Source of the DNA: a virus
IMG/VR virus record: IMGVR_UViG_3300045988_069349
Reading direction: 5' to 3' (one strand)
DNA length: 43,118 nt
The stretch's first letter is position 1, and each line of letters begins with the position of its first letter. The notes under the pieces are model-generated. The model was not told the origin of the DNA. It saw only the letters and a program-made list of their open reading frames with translations, and did no database searches. The position numbers were made by a program, and so were the translations under genes. This document shows, in pieces, positions 7,870 through 15,813 of the stretch.

Positions 7870-8234
7870 TCCATCACGCCCTTAATCGCTTCGAGGATTT
7901 CCGCCTTTTTCTTGGCTTCACCGAGATCAAGGCCACGCTGCTCGGCAAATTCACGCAGCTCGGCGACCGTCAGCTCTTCCAATTTGGTTTCGTGGGCTTG
8001 CTGCTCATCCTGCTGCTCATCCTGCTGCTCGTCCTGTACCGCCGCGATGCTGTCAAGCCGTCCGGCGCATTTCGCCTTGACGGACAGCTCGGAAAACGTA
8101 AAAAAGGGAGAAGGGACGGAGAGCTGAACCTCCGCCCCAACCGTAAAGCCCTTTTCGTCCCAGCGCACCGTGTAGGTTTTGCCGTCGTCGGCGTACAGGT
8201 AAGGCAGCCCATCCACAATCACAAATCTGTTCAT
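7866..8234 (-). CDS. Capsid-module protein with a C-terminal HeH/SAP (Rho-N-like) motif
   Basis: C-terminus LTVAELREFAEQRGLDLGEAKKKAEILEAIKG. There is an internal (QDEQ)3 acidic repeat. Confidence 0.5.
   Translation of the reverse strand: MNRFVIVDGLPYLYADDGKTYTVRWDEKGFTVGAEVQLSVPSPFFTFSELSVKAKCAGRLDSIAAVQDEQQDEQQDEQQAHETKLEELTVAELREFAEQRGLDLGEAKKKAEILEAIKGVME
7999..8034 (-). repeat. 12-nt x3 tandem repeat encoding (QDEQ)3
   Basis: tgctgctcatcc tgctgctcatcc tgctgctcgtcc. Confidence 0.9.
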
Positions 8235-8252
8235 GTTTCGGGCACTCCCCTC

Positions 8253-9278
8253 TTAACCGTTGGACTTAATCAGGCCGATTTTGACGTTCTTGTGGTTGAA
8301 CTTCAGGCTGTAATTGGCCGCCGTGCCAAGCTCGGCGAACGTCGGGGATTCCTTGGCAATATTGTCCACCGCGAGGGAAAGGCCGTTCGGGTGGAGAACC
8401 TTGCCCTGCTTGGTATAGAACAGGTCAGTGCCCGCCGCCGTCTGCGGGTCGTAATTGGTCGTATACTGGTTCTCGTAGTTGGTCTTATCGGCAGAAAGGA
8501 AAGCACCTTCGCCGAAAAGATACGTCTTGTAGACCGGGAAGCCCGTCGTGGTTGCGTCCAGCGTGTAGTAATCCGTCACGAGGACGTGCTTGCCGCCGAT
8601 GGTCGGCAGGTTGATTTCCTGCTTGATAGCGCCATTGACAACGTACTTGTCATACTCGACGAGCGCCAGCTTCTTATACGCGGCGAAAATCTTGCTGTGC
8701 ATCACGATGAGGCCGAGGCCACCCGCCATATCGCCAAGCGCAGCCTGCTCCGCGTCAATGTGCGTCGTCTCGTTGATCTTGTTCGCGTCGGCGATGGTGC
8801 CCGTCGTGATGGAGAGGTCGGTCACATGGTCGGAGAGCGCGGAAACGCCCATGACCGCCTGTGCAACGTTCATCATCTCGTTTTCCCAGACCTGCTTATA
8901 GTAGCTCTGAACGCTGGCCTTGATGCGGGAAATCGGGTCAGCGCCCGTCAGTTCCTTGGTGAAATCCTTGGCTTTGAAAGCCTTCATGCGCTGAATCAGC
9001 ATCATCGTCTGCTTGCTGCCGGAAATCTCAACCGGGGTGTTATCGGTCATGCCGTCGTTGTTCAGAGCGCCCATGTTGCTGTCATGGATGTTCAGCGGGG
9101 TATAGATCGGCATGGTCGCGACGTTGCCCTTCGCGCCGATAGCGTCCATGATGCTCTGGTCATTGCGGATAACGCCGGAAGCCAGAATCGGGTTGCTCCA
9201 ATACTCGGCCTCGGCCATCATGTCGGTGAAAACTTCCTCGTCAAAGTAGAAGCCGCCGAAAAGTCCAGTCCTTGCCAT
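8253..9278 (-). CDS. Major capsid protein (SPP1 gp13-like)
   Basis: 341 aa directly after the scaffold gene. ...ATMPIYTPLN...LTGADPISRIKASVQSYYKQVWENEMMNVAQAVMGV parallels my recollection of SPP1 gp13 blocks (MPYW..., SG.DPM..I...va.YW). Confidence 0.75.
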   Translation of the reverse strand: MARTGLFGGFYFDEEVFTDMMAEAEYWSNPILASGVIRNDQSIMDAIGAKGNVATMPIYTPLNIHDSNMGALNNDGMTDNTPVEISGSKQTMMLIQRMKAFKAKDFTKELTGADPISRIKASVQSYYKQVWENEMMNVAQAVMGVSALSDHVTDLSITTGTIADANKINETTHIDAEQAALGDMAGGLGLIVMHSKIFAAYKKLALVEYDKYVVNGAIKQEINLPTIGGKHVLVTDYYTLDATTTGFPVYKTYLFGEGAFLSADKTNYENQYTTNYDPQTAAGTDLFYTKQGKVLHPNGLSLAVDNIAKESPTFAELGTAANYSLKFNHKNVKIGLIKSNG

Positions 9279-9300
9279 CTTATATCATCCTTTCTTGTCG

Positions 9301-9948
9301 TTACTTGGAGAGCTGCTTATAAAGCGTCTCGTTCTTCTGCTTCAAGGCCACGCGCTGCTCATAGCTCATGGTTTTGAAGCTCTCCTTCGTCGGGGTCGGT
9401 TCGCCTCCGTCACCGCTCTTGAGCTTGTTGGGCTGATAAATCTGATAGCCGTCGCCGTTCCCGCTGTCCGTCTCAAACATGGTCGGGAACTGGGTTTTCA
9501 GTCCTGCCAGCTTGTCGTCCCAGCCCTTGATTGCGCCGTTATCGTCAAGCGTCAGCGTTTCGCCGTCGTGCTTGAGCTTTTCGTTCAGCTTGTACGCGAG
9601 ATAATCCACGTCCTTCGCCTTGCTGGAAAGCAGCTCGACCTTGATGGCCGCTTCGAGCTTGGTCTTTTCAAGCTCCGCCTGAAGCTGCTGCACCTGCGTT
9701 TCATACGCCGTGATCTTCTGCTGCAAGCCTTCCTGCCCCTTGGTGCCCTTCTTCAGCTCTTCAATGAGCGCGTTTGCCTCGGTGAGCTGCTGCGCGGTCG
9801 CGTCATTCTGGGTTTTCAGCTTGCCGTATCGGATATCAAGGTTTTCCTCGCCCGCCGTGAAGATTTTGTTTTCCTTCATCGCTGCAAGAATGTCGGCCAC
9901 GGTTTCGTCAGAAATGCCCTTCGCCTTGAGAATTTCGTTGATCGTCAT
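9301..9948 (-). CDS. Scaffolding protein (GP20-like, coiled coil)
   Basis: 215 aa, MTINEILKAKGISDETVADILAAMKENKIFT..., with a long heptad-rich centre. Positioned before the capsid gene. Confidence 0.7.
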   Translation of the reverse strand: MTINEILKAKGISDETVADILAAMKENKIFTAGEENLDIRYGKLKTQNDATAQQLTEANALIEELKKGTKGQEGLQQKITAYETQVQQLQAELEKTKLEAAIKVELLSSKAKDVDYLAYKLNEKLKHDGETLTLDDNGAIKGWDDKLAGLKTQFPTMFETDSGNGDGYQIYQPNKLKSGDGGEPTPTKESFKTMSYEQRVALKQKNETLYKQLSK

Positions 9949-10041
9949 AGATGCCCCTATCCTTTCTGATATACGCTTTTAACGTGGGTCGTCCACGTTT
10001 TGAGACAGCGCCCTCTTTTACGTCCCGGCGCTGGACGATGC

Positions 10042-10062
10042 AAAAAAGGCGCGTTTCGCGCC
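10042..10062 (-). terminator. Intrinsic terminator after the endolysin gene
   Basis: Minus-strand GGCGCG-aaa-CGCGCC followed by TTTTTT, starting 2 nt after the stop at 10064. Confidence 0.8.
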
Positions 10063-10063
10063 G

Positions 10064-10834
10064 TTATGCCTTTTTCGGGATTTTGATGGTTTGCCCAGCG
10101 AGAATCTTGTCGCTCTGCATGCCGTTGAGCTGCTTGATCTCTTTGTATCGGTTGCCCCTGCCAAGCATCTTTTGAGCGATGCGCCAAAGCGTGTCGCCCT
10201 TCTTCACGGTGTAGAGCGTATAATCCGCGCTTTCTTCGGGTTCTTTGGGTTGTTCCTGTTTCGGCTCTGCCGCTGTCTGTACGCCATACGCCGGACGGCC
10301 ATAGCCACAGATTCGACCGTGGGAGAGGGGATAGCTCTTTTTGAAAACTCCGCCGCCGTTTGCGACCACGCCGCTCGCGCCGGATGTATTGCCTTCGACC
10401 GTATAGACGCGGCTGCCATCTACCTTGTAGACAAGGCCAGTATGGGTTTCGCTTCCGTAAGTGCCAAAGAAGATTTGGTCTCCAACCTGTGGGGAATGGA
10501 AGAACTGTCCCTTTTGCTCGTAGTATTTACGGCTCCACTTGACACCAGCGCCCGCGTTGTTCTTGCTCACCGTCGGCTGGAAGGTCATCTTCAGCGCCGC
10601 CAGCTTGCCGTATGCCTGTACAAAGCACCAGTCCACAAACACGTCGCACCATGCCACACCCTGTTTTCGGCCATTGTAGAAGCTGATAGCATCAAGGTCG
10701 CGCGCATATTTGGTGATATTCGCATCTCCGGCGTTGGCCGTCTTATCGTCCAGCGCGTTTTTGCTGGCCTTTTCCAGATAGCCGACCTCCGCGAGGGCGA
10801 TATTCAGCACCTTTTGTCGGTCATACATCTTCAT
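10064..10834 (-). CDS. Endolysin: N-terminal CHAP-type amidase/peptidase plus C-terminal LysM
   Basis: Start MKMYDRQKVLNIALAEVGYLEK. Catalytic-type blocks GVAWCDVFVDWCF and HTGLVYKVDGSRVYTVEGNTS. P/E/Q-rich linker. LysM YTVKKGDTLWRIAQKML...LNGMQSDKILAGQTIKIP. Confidence 0.8.
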   Translation of the reverse strand: MKMYDRQKVLNIALAEVGYLEKASKNALDDKTANAGDANITKYARDLDAISFYNGRKQGVAWCDVFVDWCFVQAYGKLAALKMTFQPTVSKNNAGAGVKWSRKYYEQKGQFFHSPQVGDQIFFGTYGSETHTGLVYKVDGSRVYTVEGNTSGASGVVANGGGVFKKSYPLSHGRICGYGRPAYGVQTAAEPKQEQPKEPEESADYTLYTVKKGDTLWRIAQKMLGRGNRYKEIKQLNGMQSDKILAGQTIKIPKKA

Positions 10835-11078
10835 CCGCCCCTTCGTCGAGCGTGTCCAGCTCTTCCGGCGTTTCCTTGTCGTCCTTGCACTCCGGCAGTC
10901 CGGCAACGGAGGTCAGCAGGGAAAGCACGCCCGCCAGCGCCGCAGAGGACGCGACAAGCGCCCAATTCACGTCTCCCATAGCGGCAGACGAGCCGATGGT
11001 TGCGATGGCCGCCTGCGCCACCGTCTTGATGGCACGGATTCCGGCAGCCTTAAACCAAACTTTGAAGCAGGGTTTCAT
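10821..11078 (-). CDS. Holin (LL-H/phi-LC3-like)
   Basis: 85 aa; IRAIKTVAQAAIATIGSSA plus a second hydrophobic helix ALVASSAALAGVLSLLTSVAG and an acidic C-terminal tail. SD AAGGAG lies 8 nt upstream. It overlaps the lysin start. Confidence 0.7.
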   Translation of the reverse strand: MKPCFKVWFKAAGIRAIKTVAQAAIATIGSSAAMGDVNWALVASSAALAGVLSLLTSVAGLPECKDDKETPEELDTLDEGADEDV

Positions 11079-11106
11079 GGTTCATATCTCCTTTCAAATC
11101 CAACAT

Positions 11107-11137
11107 AAAAAGACAGCCGCGTTTGACTGTCTTTTTT
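11107..11137. terminator. Bidirectional hairpin terminator
   Basis: aaaaAGACAGccgcgtttgaCTGTCTtttttt: a 6-bp stem flanked by A- and T-runs. Confidence 0.5.
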
Positions 11138-11142
11138 GCATG

Positions 11143-11170
11143 AAAAAAGCACCATTCGATTGAACGGTGC
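11143..11170 (-). terminator. Intrinsic terminator after the small MuF-partner ORF
   Basis: Minus strand: TAA GCACC-gttcaatcgaat-GGTGC TTTTTT, directly after the stop at 11171-11173. Confidence 0.65.
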
Positions 11171-11335
11171 TTACTTCAAAACCTTTTTGATATCATCAAT
11201 TTTGATTTCTTCCGTGTATGTGTCTCCGTCTTTATCTATATCGGCCAGAAACGCGCGGCCTTCGTCGAAAATCTCAACGATAGAAGCCCGGTTTCCATCC
11301 TTCAGGAGAACACGGTCATATTGTTCGATTTTCAT
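11171..11335 (-). CDS. 54-aa DUF4926-like small protein (candidate immunity/partner of the MuF C-terminal module); not in the ORF track
   Basis: Manual translation gives MKIEQYDRVLLKDGNRASIVEIFDEGRAFLADIDKDGDTYTEEIKIDDIKKVLK. ATG 11335..11333 overlaps the MuF stop (ATGA). SD AAAGGAGG lies 8 nt upstream. A terminator follows. Confidence 0.55.
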   Translation of the reverse strand: MKIEQYDRVLLKDGNRASIVEIFDEGRAFLADIDKDGDTYTEEIKIDDIKKVLK

Positions 11336-12618
11336 TCCTTCGGCCTCCTTTTCGTTACATAGATGCTCGTCATTCTCTTGCCGCCGTTCCCATCATCAAT
11401 CCACGCAGTCAGCACATTGGCCTGTTTTCCGTTCAGGCCAGTGAGCAAAAGGATTTGTTCGTATCTCATGCCGTGGCCAGCATCGCCTTTTTCGATAAAT
11501 GCCTCATCGTCAAGGTGATCGAGAACATCCTGTACAAGGGTTTCAGCATCGCGCAGCGTATAGCCCAGCGCCTTTTCAAAAGCAGCAGCTTTGTCAGGCG
11601 CTTTTTGCGGGTTCAGAGCATAGCCAGATAGTTTCATTTGGGGAATGGCGAGTTTGCGCTTTCCTTCGTATCTGATTATACCACTTTTTTCAGTATTTTC
11701 AACGGTTTCAGCGGCTTTCATGTACTTCTTTTTGAAGTCCTCGAAGCTCTCCGTCTTATCCAGCCCGAAGAACTCCGCCCGCTGCTTCAGCGTCGCCAGC
11801 TCATCCGCATCCAGCGCCGCCCGTGCGCGGGTCAGCGCCACGCAGCGGCAGTTGCAATCTTGCGACGGGTCGCCGAAAGCGCCCGGAATATTCACCTTTA
11901 TTCCGTTCACCTCGAAGGGTTCATCCGTCTCCCGGATTTGCCCATCAAGCGCCCGGTGCAGAGGCCGTGTCTTTCCGTCAAGGCTTGCGTCCCATTGCTT
12001 CACAACGTCCGCACCCTTGGCCTTTGCAGCCTGTCGCGCGTCCTCGGTGGAGGCTTGCTGAATCCTGTGGCCTTCCGTGCGGACAATGCGCTTTGCGTTG
12101 GCAAGCGGCAGCGTGGAAAACATGGACACGTTCCGCGCGATCTGGTCATAGGGCAGCGAAGAAGCAAGCCCTCGCGTGATTTCCTCGCGGACGTGTTTCT
12201 TCAGCTTGTCCATATCATAGCCCAGCGCCGCGTACAGGTTTGTGGATAGCTTGCTGTCCGTGACAACCGCTTTCACCGCCGCCCGCTGGTCAATGGGCGT
12301 TATGATGGGGATTCCCTGACCGTGCAAGCCGTACATCGTGCCGACATACGCTTCCGTGTAGCTGTGGGAAAGATAATCCTGAATGCTGCTGAACTCATCG
12401 CCTTGCAGCTTATCCAGAATAGCCTCGATTTGCGCCTTGAGCGCCTTCTGGTACTGGATTTGATAAGCCCGCGATTGCGTCAGCTCATCGCTTTGCAGCA
12501 TCCTGATTTTATCGTTGATGTCCCGCAGCGCCCGCGCATACTGGCGCTTGAGATCAAGCAGCACGGCCTTTTCGTTGTCAAGCTGGCTTTGGATGACCTC
12601 TTTTTCGGCTTTATTCAC
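11332..12618 (-). CDS. MuF/SPP1 gp7-family minor head protein with an extra C-terminal DUF6883-like module
   Basis: MuF blocks: AKRIVRTEGHRIQQ, VKQWDASLDGKTRPLHRALDGQ, PSQDCNCRCV. Residues ~318-428 form a separate module: KLSGYALNPQKAPDKAAAFEKALGYT...GMRYEQILLLTGLNGKQANVLTAWIDD...RMTSIYV. Confidence 0.85.
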   Translation of the reverse strand: MNKAEKEVIQSQLDNEKAVLLDLKRQYARALRDINDKIRMLQSDELTQSRAYQIQYQKALKAQIEAILDKLQGDEFSSIQDYLSHSYTEAYVGTMYGLHGQGIPIITPIDQRAAVKAVVTDSKLSTNLYAALGYDMDKLKKHVREEITRGLASSLPYDQIARNVSMFSTLPLANAKRIVRTEGHRIQQASTEDARQAAKAKGADVVKQWDASLDGKTRPLHRALDGQIRETDEPFEVNGIKVNIPGAFGDPSQDCNCRCVALTRARAALDADELATLKQRAEFFGLDKTESFEDFKKKYMKAAETVENTEKSGIIRYEGKRKLAIPQMKLSGYALNPQKAPDKAAAFEKALGYTLRDAETLVQDVLDHLDDEAFIEKGDAGHGMRYEQILLLTGLNGKQANVLTAWIDDGNGGKRMTSIYVTKRRPKE

Positions 12619-12817
12619 CGGAAATCACATCGCTCTGCTCGCCGTCCCCCGGTTGCTCCGTCTCTTCAGGCTTAACCAGCATTCCTGTCAGCTCGACATA
12701 ATCCTCATCGCTGATGCGACCCATCAAGAGGAAAAGGTCGAGCTTTGCATACATATCATCGTATGTATAGCGGCTCTTGGTAATCAGGATTTTGCAAAGT
12801 CTCGCGGTCGTGCTCAT
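12611..12817 (-). CDS. XkdX-like small phage protein
   Basis: Start MSTTARLCKILITKSRYTYDDMYAKLDLFLLMGRISDEDYVELTGML (ATG 12817, GGAGG 6 nt upstream). The ...YT.dd...V..G.I(T/S).e.Y.elTG pattern is typical of XkdX. Confidence 0.5.
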   Translation of the reverse strand: MSTTARLCKILITKSRYTYDDMYAKLDLFLLMGRISDEDYVELTGMLVKPEETEQPGDGEQSDVISGE

Positions 12818-12818
12818 G

Positions 12819-14327
12819 TTATGCCTCCAATTCTGCCGTAAGTTCGGCGTACAGGTCATTGATGGTCTTTTCGGCTTTTCTCACGTTGCATTTGTAAGTT
12901 GCTTCCAGCCCCGCACCATCCGTGGCTTGCAAGACGGTCGTCGGCGCGTAGGTAGTCAGTGATTTGTATGCGGCGATTTCAGCCGGGGTGAGCGGGGTCT
13001 CGACGGGGGTGGCGAGACAGTAAAAGATAAAGGATTTCACATTCGTTAGTAACTGCTTAAAGGCTTCAAGCGATGAATACTCAGAACTTGGCGGGAAACT
13101 AACAGTGATTTCCTGATTGTTGGCGTATATCTTCGGGAGGTTCTGAATGTTGTCATTCCAGGTAACATTCTTAAAAGGTAGTATGTTGCAAATAGACGGA
13201 AAAGAATTTTTACTAGCATCTTCACCATATACACGCGTTTGAAAATTGTTGTTTCCGCTGGCTAACTTTTGATACGCCCACTTGTCATCAGGGCTTAACT
13301 CTTTCACTTTCACCCTCTGCACTCGTACCCCTCTCTCCAAGTCCACCTCATCGCACACCCACTGCTGGCCGCTTTGGTCAGTGTAGTTGCCGCCGGAGGT
13401 GACGGGGATGCCGGGTAAACCATTGGGAGTAGAGAGCGTGAGGAGCTGTTCACGGTAGGGTTCATAAGATGTAGCTTTTGAACCCATTTCCAGCTGGACA
13501 TCATATACTTTATCTCCCGCAACGGTGTCATATAAAATAAAACCTACGTTTTCCACATCTCTTTTGGGAACAAAATTAACAAAACCAATATTTGCAAGTA
13601 TAATGTTGTTGATTTCACCATTCGTGTATTTTAAACATACAAATTTATTTCTTGAACTACTGGCTGTGGTTTTTAATGAAAATGTGTAAGTATTACCCGC
13701 TTTTAAACGCAACGGTCTAGCACCAACAGAAGTAGGGTCTATGTCTATTTGCATAGTAGATGCTGTTGCTATATATGTTCCTTCTTTTTGCTCGACGTTT
13801 CCTACTGATAATGTTTTAAAATTATCCCATAAATTTCTACCTGATACTTTCACCGTCACATTTCCGCCGTCACCAGCGCTCACGATAGGCACAGGCGCAT
13901 CCGGCGTGGGCGTGCCGTCCTGCGTACTCTTGCCGTAGACGTGTAACGCTTTTAGTGCCTTCCCACCGATGCAGTTCTCCAGTATGAGGGGATTTCCGGA
14001 AAGCGTCACATCCTCGCCGGATGCAGCCTCGAAAAGAATCTTATCCTCTCTTGTGATGGGTTCGGGCAGTTCGTCATCCCATACGCCCGCCATTGCCGCC
14101 ACGTACTTTTCAAGGCGCGTGTTGGGCTTTGGCGGCACGATGGACTTATCGCGCACGGATGCAATCAGCTTTTCGAGGGTCGTGTGCAGCTCTGGTCGGG
14201 TGTCCAGATGTCCGCACGCATAGCAGCAGCATTTTTCCAAATTTCTCAACGGTTCCGGCATATCTGCCGAGCTATCCGCCAGCACCCGCAGAAATCTTTG
14301 TAATCTTGTAATCGGTTCAATGCTCAT
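12819..14327 (-). CDS. Fibre/receptor-binding-like structural protein (lectin/jelly-roll-like repeats), located in the head module
   Basis: 502 aa. N-terminal repeated P.(T/N)RLEK motifs; TLSGNPLILENCIGGKALKALHVYGKSTQDGTPTPDAPVPI; QLEMGSKATSYEPY is a fibre-type block. The centre is AT-rich. Confidence 0.5.
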   Translation of the reverse strand: MSIEPITRLQRFLRVLADSSADMPEPLRNLEKCCCYACGHLDTRPELHTTLEKLIASVRDKSIVPPKPNTRLEKYVAAMAGVWDDELPEPITREDKILFEAASGEDVTLSGNPLILENCIGGKALKALHVYGKSTQDGTPTPDAPVPIVSAGDGGNVTVKVSGRNLWDNFKTLSVGNVEQKEGTYIATASTMQIDIDPTSVGARPLRLKAGNTYTFSLKTTASSSRNKFVCLKYTNGEINNIILANIGFVNFVPKRDVENVGFILYDTVAGDKVYDVQLEMGSKATSYEPYREQLLTLSTPNGLPGIPVTSGGNYTDQSGQQWVCDEVDLERGVRVQRVKVKELSPDDKWAYQKLASGNNNFQTRVYGEDASKNSFPSICNILPFKNVTWNDNIQNLPKIYANNQEITVSFPPSSEYSSLEAFKQLLTNVKSFIFYCLATPVETPLTPAEIAAYKSLTTYAPTTVLQATDGAGLEATYKCNVRKAEKTINDLYAELTAELEA

Positions 14328-14339
14328 GGTTCATCACGC

Positions 14340-15788
14340 CTATTCTTCCAGATTTGCGTTGTCAAGCTCTTTTTGCACCTGATAGAGCGGCAGCCCGGTT
14401 TCGTCCTCCTTCGGCACTTTGTCCTTGATCTCGTCATAGTCGATTTCAAGCTGCTCGCAGATGAGCTTCAGCCGGGTTTCGTCGTCGATGGTAGAGGCAA
14501 GGCTCAAAATGGTGTTGATCTCTGCCGCCCGCCGCTGGGCTTTGGTCAGCTCAATGGTCGCCTGTTCCGCTTCGTTGACGATGGTTTCACGCTTAAAACA
14601 GAAGTAAACGTCCGATTGCTGATAGTCCGTGCCGTTATCATGGTTAATTTCCGCAAGCACGATTTTCAGCATCCGGCGCATGAATTGCTTCAAGCGGATT
14701 TCGAGCATGTTGCACTTGAGATCGAGCAGCGAATAGGCCGCCTTGATGGCGATGCTCACCGTCGCCCCCGTGTCCTTCAGGCTTTCCATGTTCACGCCCA
14801 TGCCAAAGCGGAAAATGTTCTTTTCGTCGGTTTCCATCTTGGCCTTTCGCGCCTCGATGGGAATGTCCACCGTCTGCACGTTGACGTTTCCGCCTTCGCC
14901 AACGCCGACAACCTTTTTCGCCCGGATGTTCTGCATCAGCTCGTCGAGGTTGTCCCCATCGAAGCCCGTGACGACATATAGTGCCTCGTTTGTGTCCTCG
15001 ATATTGTTGGAGAGGCCACAGTTCATCACATCGTAATCGTCAATCATGGCTTTGATGGTGGCAATGTCGCTGCGCTGCTTGCGGTTGTTATCCAGCCGGA
15101 TAAAGGGAATTTCGCCATAATTGCCCATATAGAGCTTTTCGCCCTTTTGATAGAGAATGTGCGGCCTTGGGTTGTCCTTTTCCGATTCATCCAGTTCAAT
15201 TTCGCCGTCCTCGATCTGGGTATAAAACCACGTCTGCGTTTTGTCCCACACCTGAATCCGCTTGATAGCACGGGAATCCTTATCGAATCGGTCAATGTAC
15301 CAGTAAATCAGATAACCGCACTGGTCAGCCGTTTCTTTGGCTCGTACTTCGACCACGCCGAGGCTGTCCGCTGCTTGAAAGTGCGTCTTCCCGTCCTCAC
15401 CCTTGAAGGCATAGGCATATTCAAAGCCCTTGACGATGCTCCCCGTCAGGATTTCGTTCAGCTCTGCGATGAAATCCTCGTTCTCGTTGAAGTAATCGTC
15501 AAGCTCGTTTTGCAAATCCGGGTCATCCGAGCGGATAAATCCATCATTGCAGGATAGCAGGTATTGAACCGCTTGGTCTGCCAGCTCTTTGAAGAAGGGA
15601 TGCGGAATTTTCGTGTTCACCTTGGTTTTATCTTCTTCCAAAACGCCGTCGGCATTGAAAAAGAAAATCCTCTTTTTCAGAATGTCGTGCTGGCCTTCAT
15701 AATACCGCTGGCCAACCATCGCAAGCTGCTTTTTCTTGCTGCACTTGTCAGCCTCGATAAATGTTCTGATTTCCTCGACCGTCAGCAT
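14340..15788 (-). CDS. Portal protein (SPP1 Gp6-like)
   Basis: ORF 14340..15797. ATG 15788 follows AAAGGCGGTGAAACCG. MLTVEEIRTFIEADKCSKKKQLAMVGQRYYEGQHDIL is a typical portal N-terminus. 482 aa, directly after terL. Confidence 0.9.
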   Translation of the reverse strand: MLTVEEIRTFIEADKCSKKKQLAMVGQRYYEGQHDILKKRIFFFNADGVLEEDKTKVNTKIPHPFFKELADQAVQYLLSCNDGFIRSDDPDLQNELDDYFNENEDFIAELNEILTGSIVKGFEYAYAFKGEDGKTHFQAADSLGVVEVRAKETADQCGYLIYWYIDRFDKDSRAIKRIQVWDKTQTWFYTQIEDGEIELDESEKDNPRPHILYQKGEKLYMGNYGEIPFIRLDNNRKQRSDIATIKAMIDDYDVMNCGLSNNIEDTNEALYVVTGFDGDNLDELMQNIRAKKVVGVGEGGNVNVQTVDIPIEARKAKMETDEKNIFRFGMGVNMESLKDTGATVSIAIKAAYSLLDLKCNMLEIRLKQFMRRMLKIVLAEINHDNGTDYQQSDVYFCFKRETIVNEAEQATIELTKAQRRAAEINTILSLASTIDDETRLKLICEQLEIDYDEIKDKVPKEDETGLPLYQVQKELDNANLEE

Positions 15789-15813
15789 CGGTTTCACCGC
15801 CTTTCGCTCTTTC

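Noticed and set aside
7848-9377. 509-aa plus-strand ORF, and similar long plus-strand ORFs (3152-4309, 15979-17181, 25929-27092, 40461-41495, 10091-10981, 21584-22453).
   Set aside because: All lie antisense to minus-strand genes with clear phage-protein signatures. Their products are Arg/His/Leu-rich and low in complexity, which is typical of shadow ORFs in GC-rich coding DNA. They have no SDs.
9975-10000. Palindrome ACGTGG-gtcgt-CCACGT between the lysin terminator and the scaffold gene, considered as an additional terminator or a late promoter element.
   Set aside because: The stem is short. The T-run is only on the plus strand, where nothing is transcribed. I could not define a convincing -35/-10 nearby. 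It is left unassigned.
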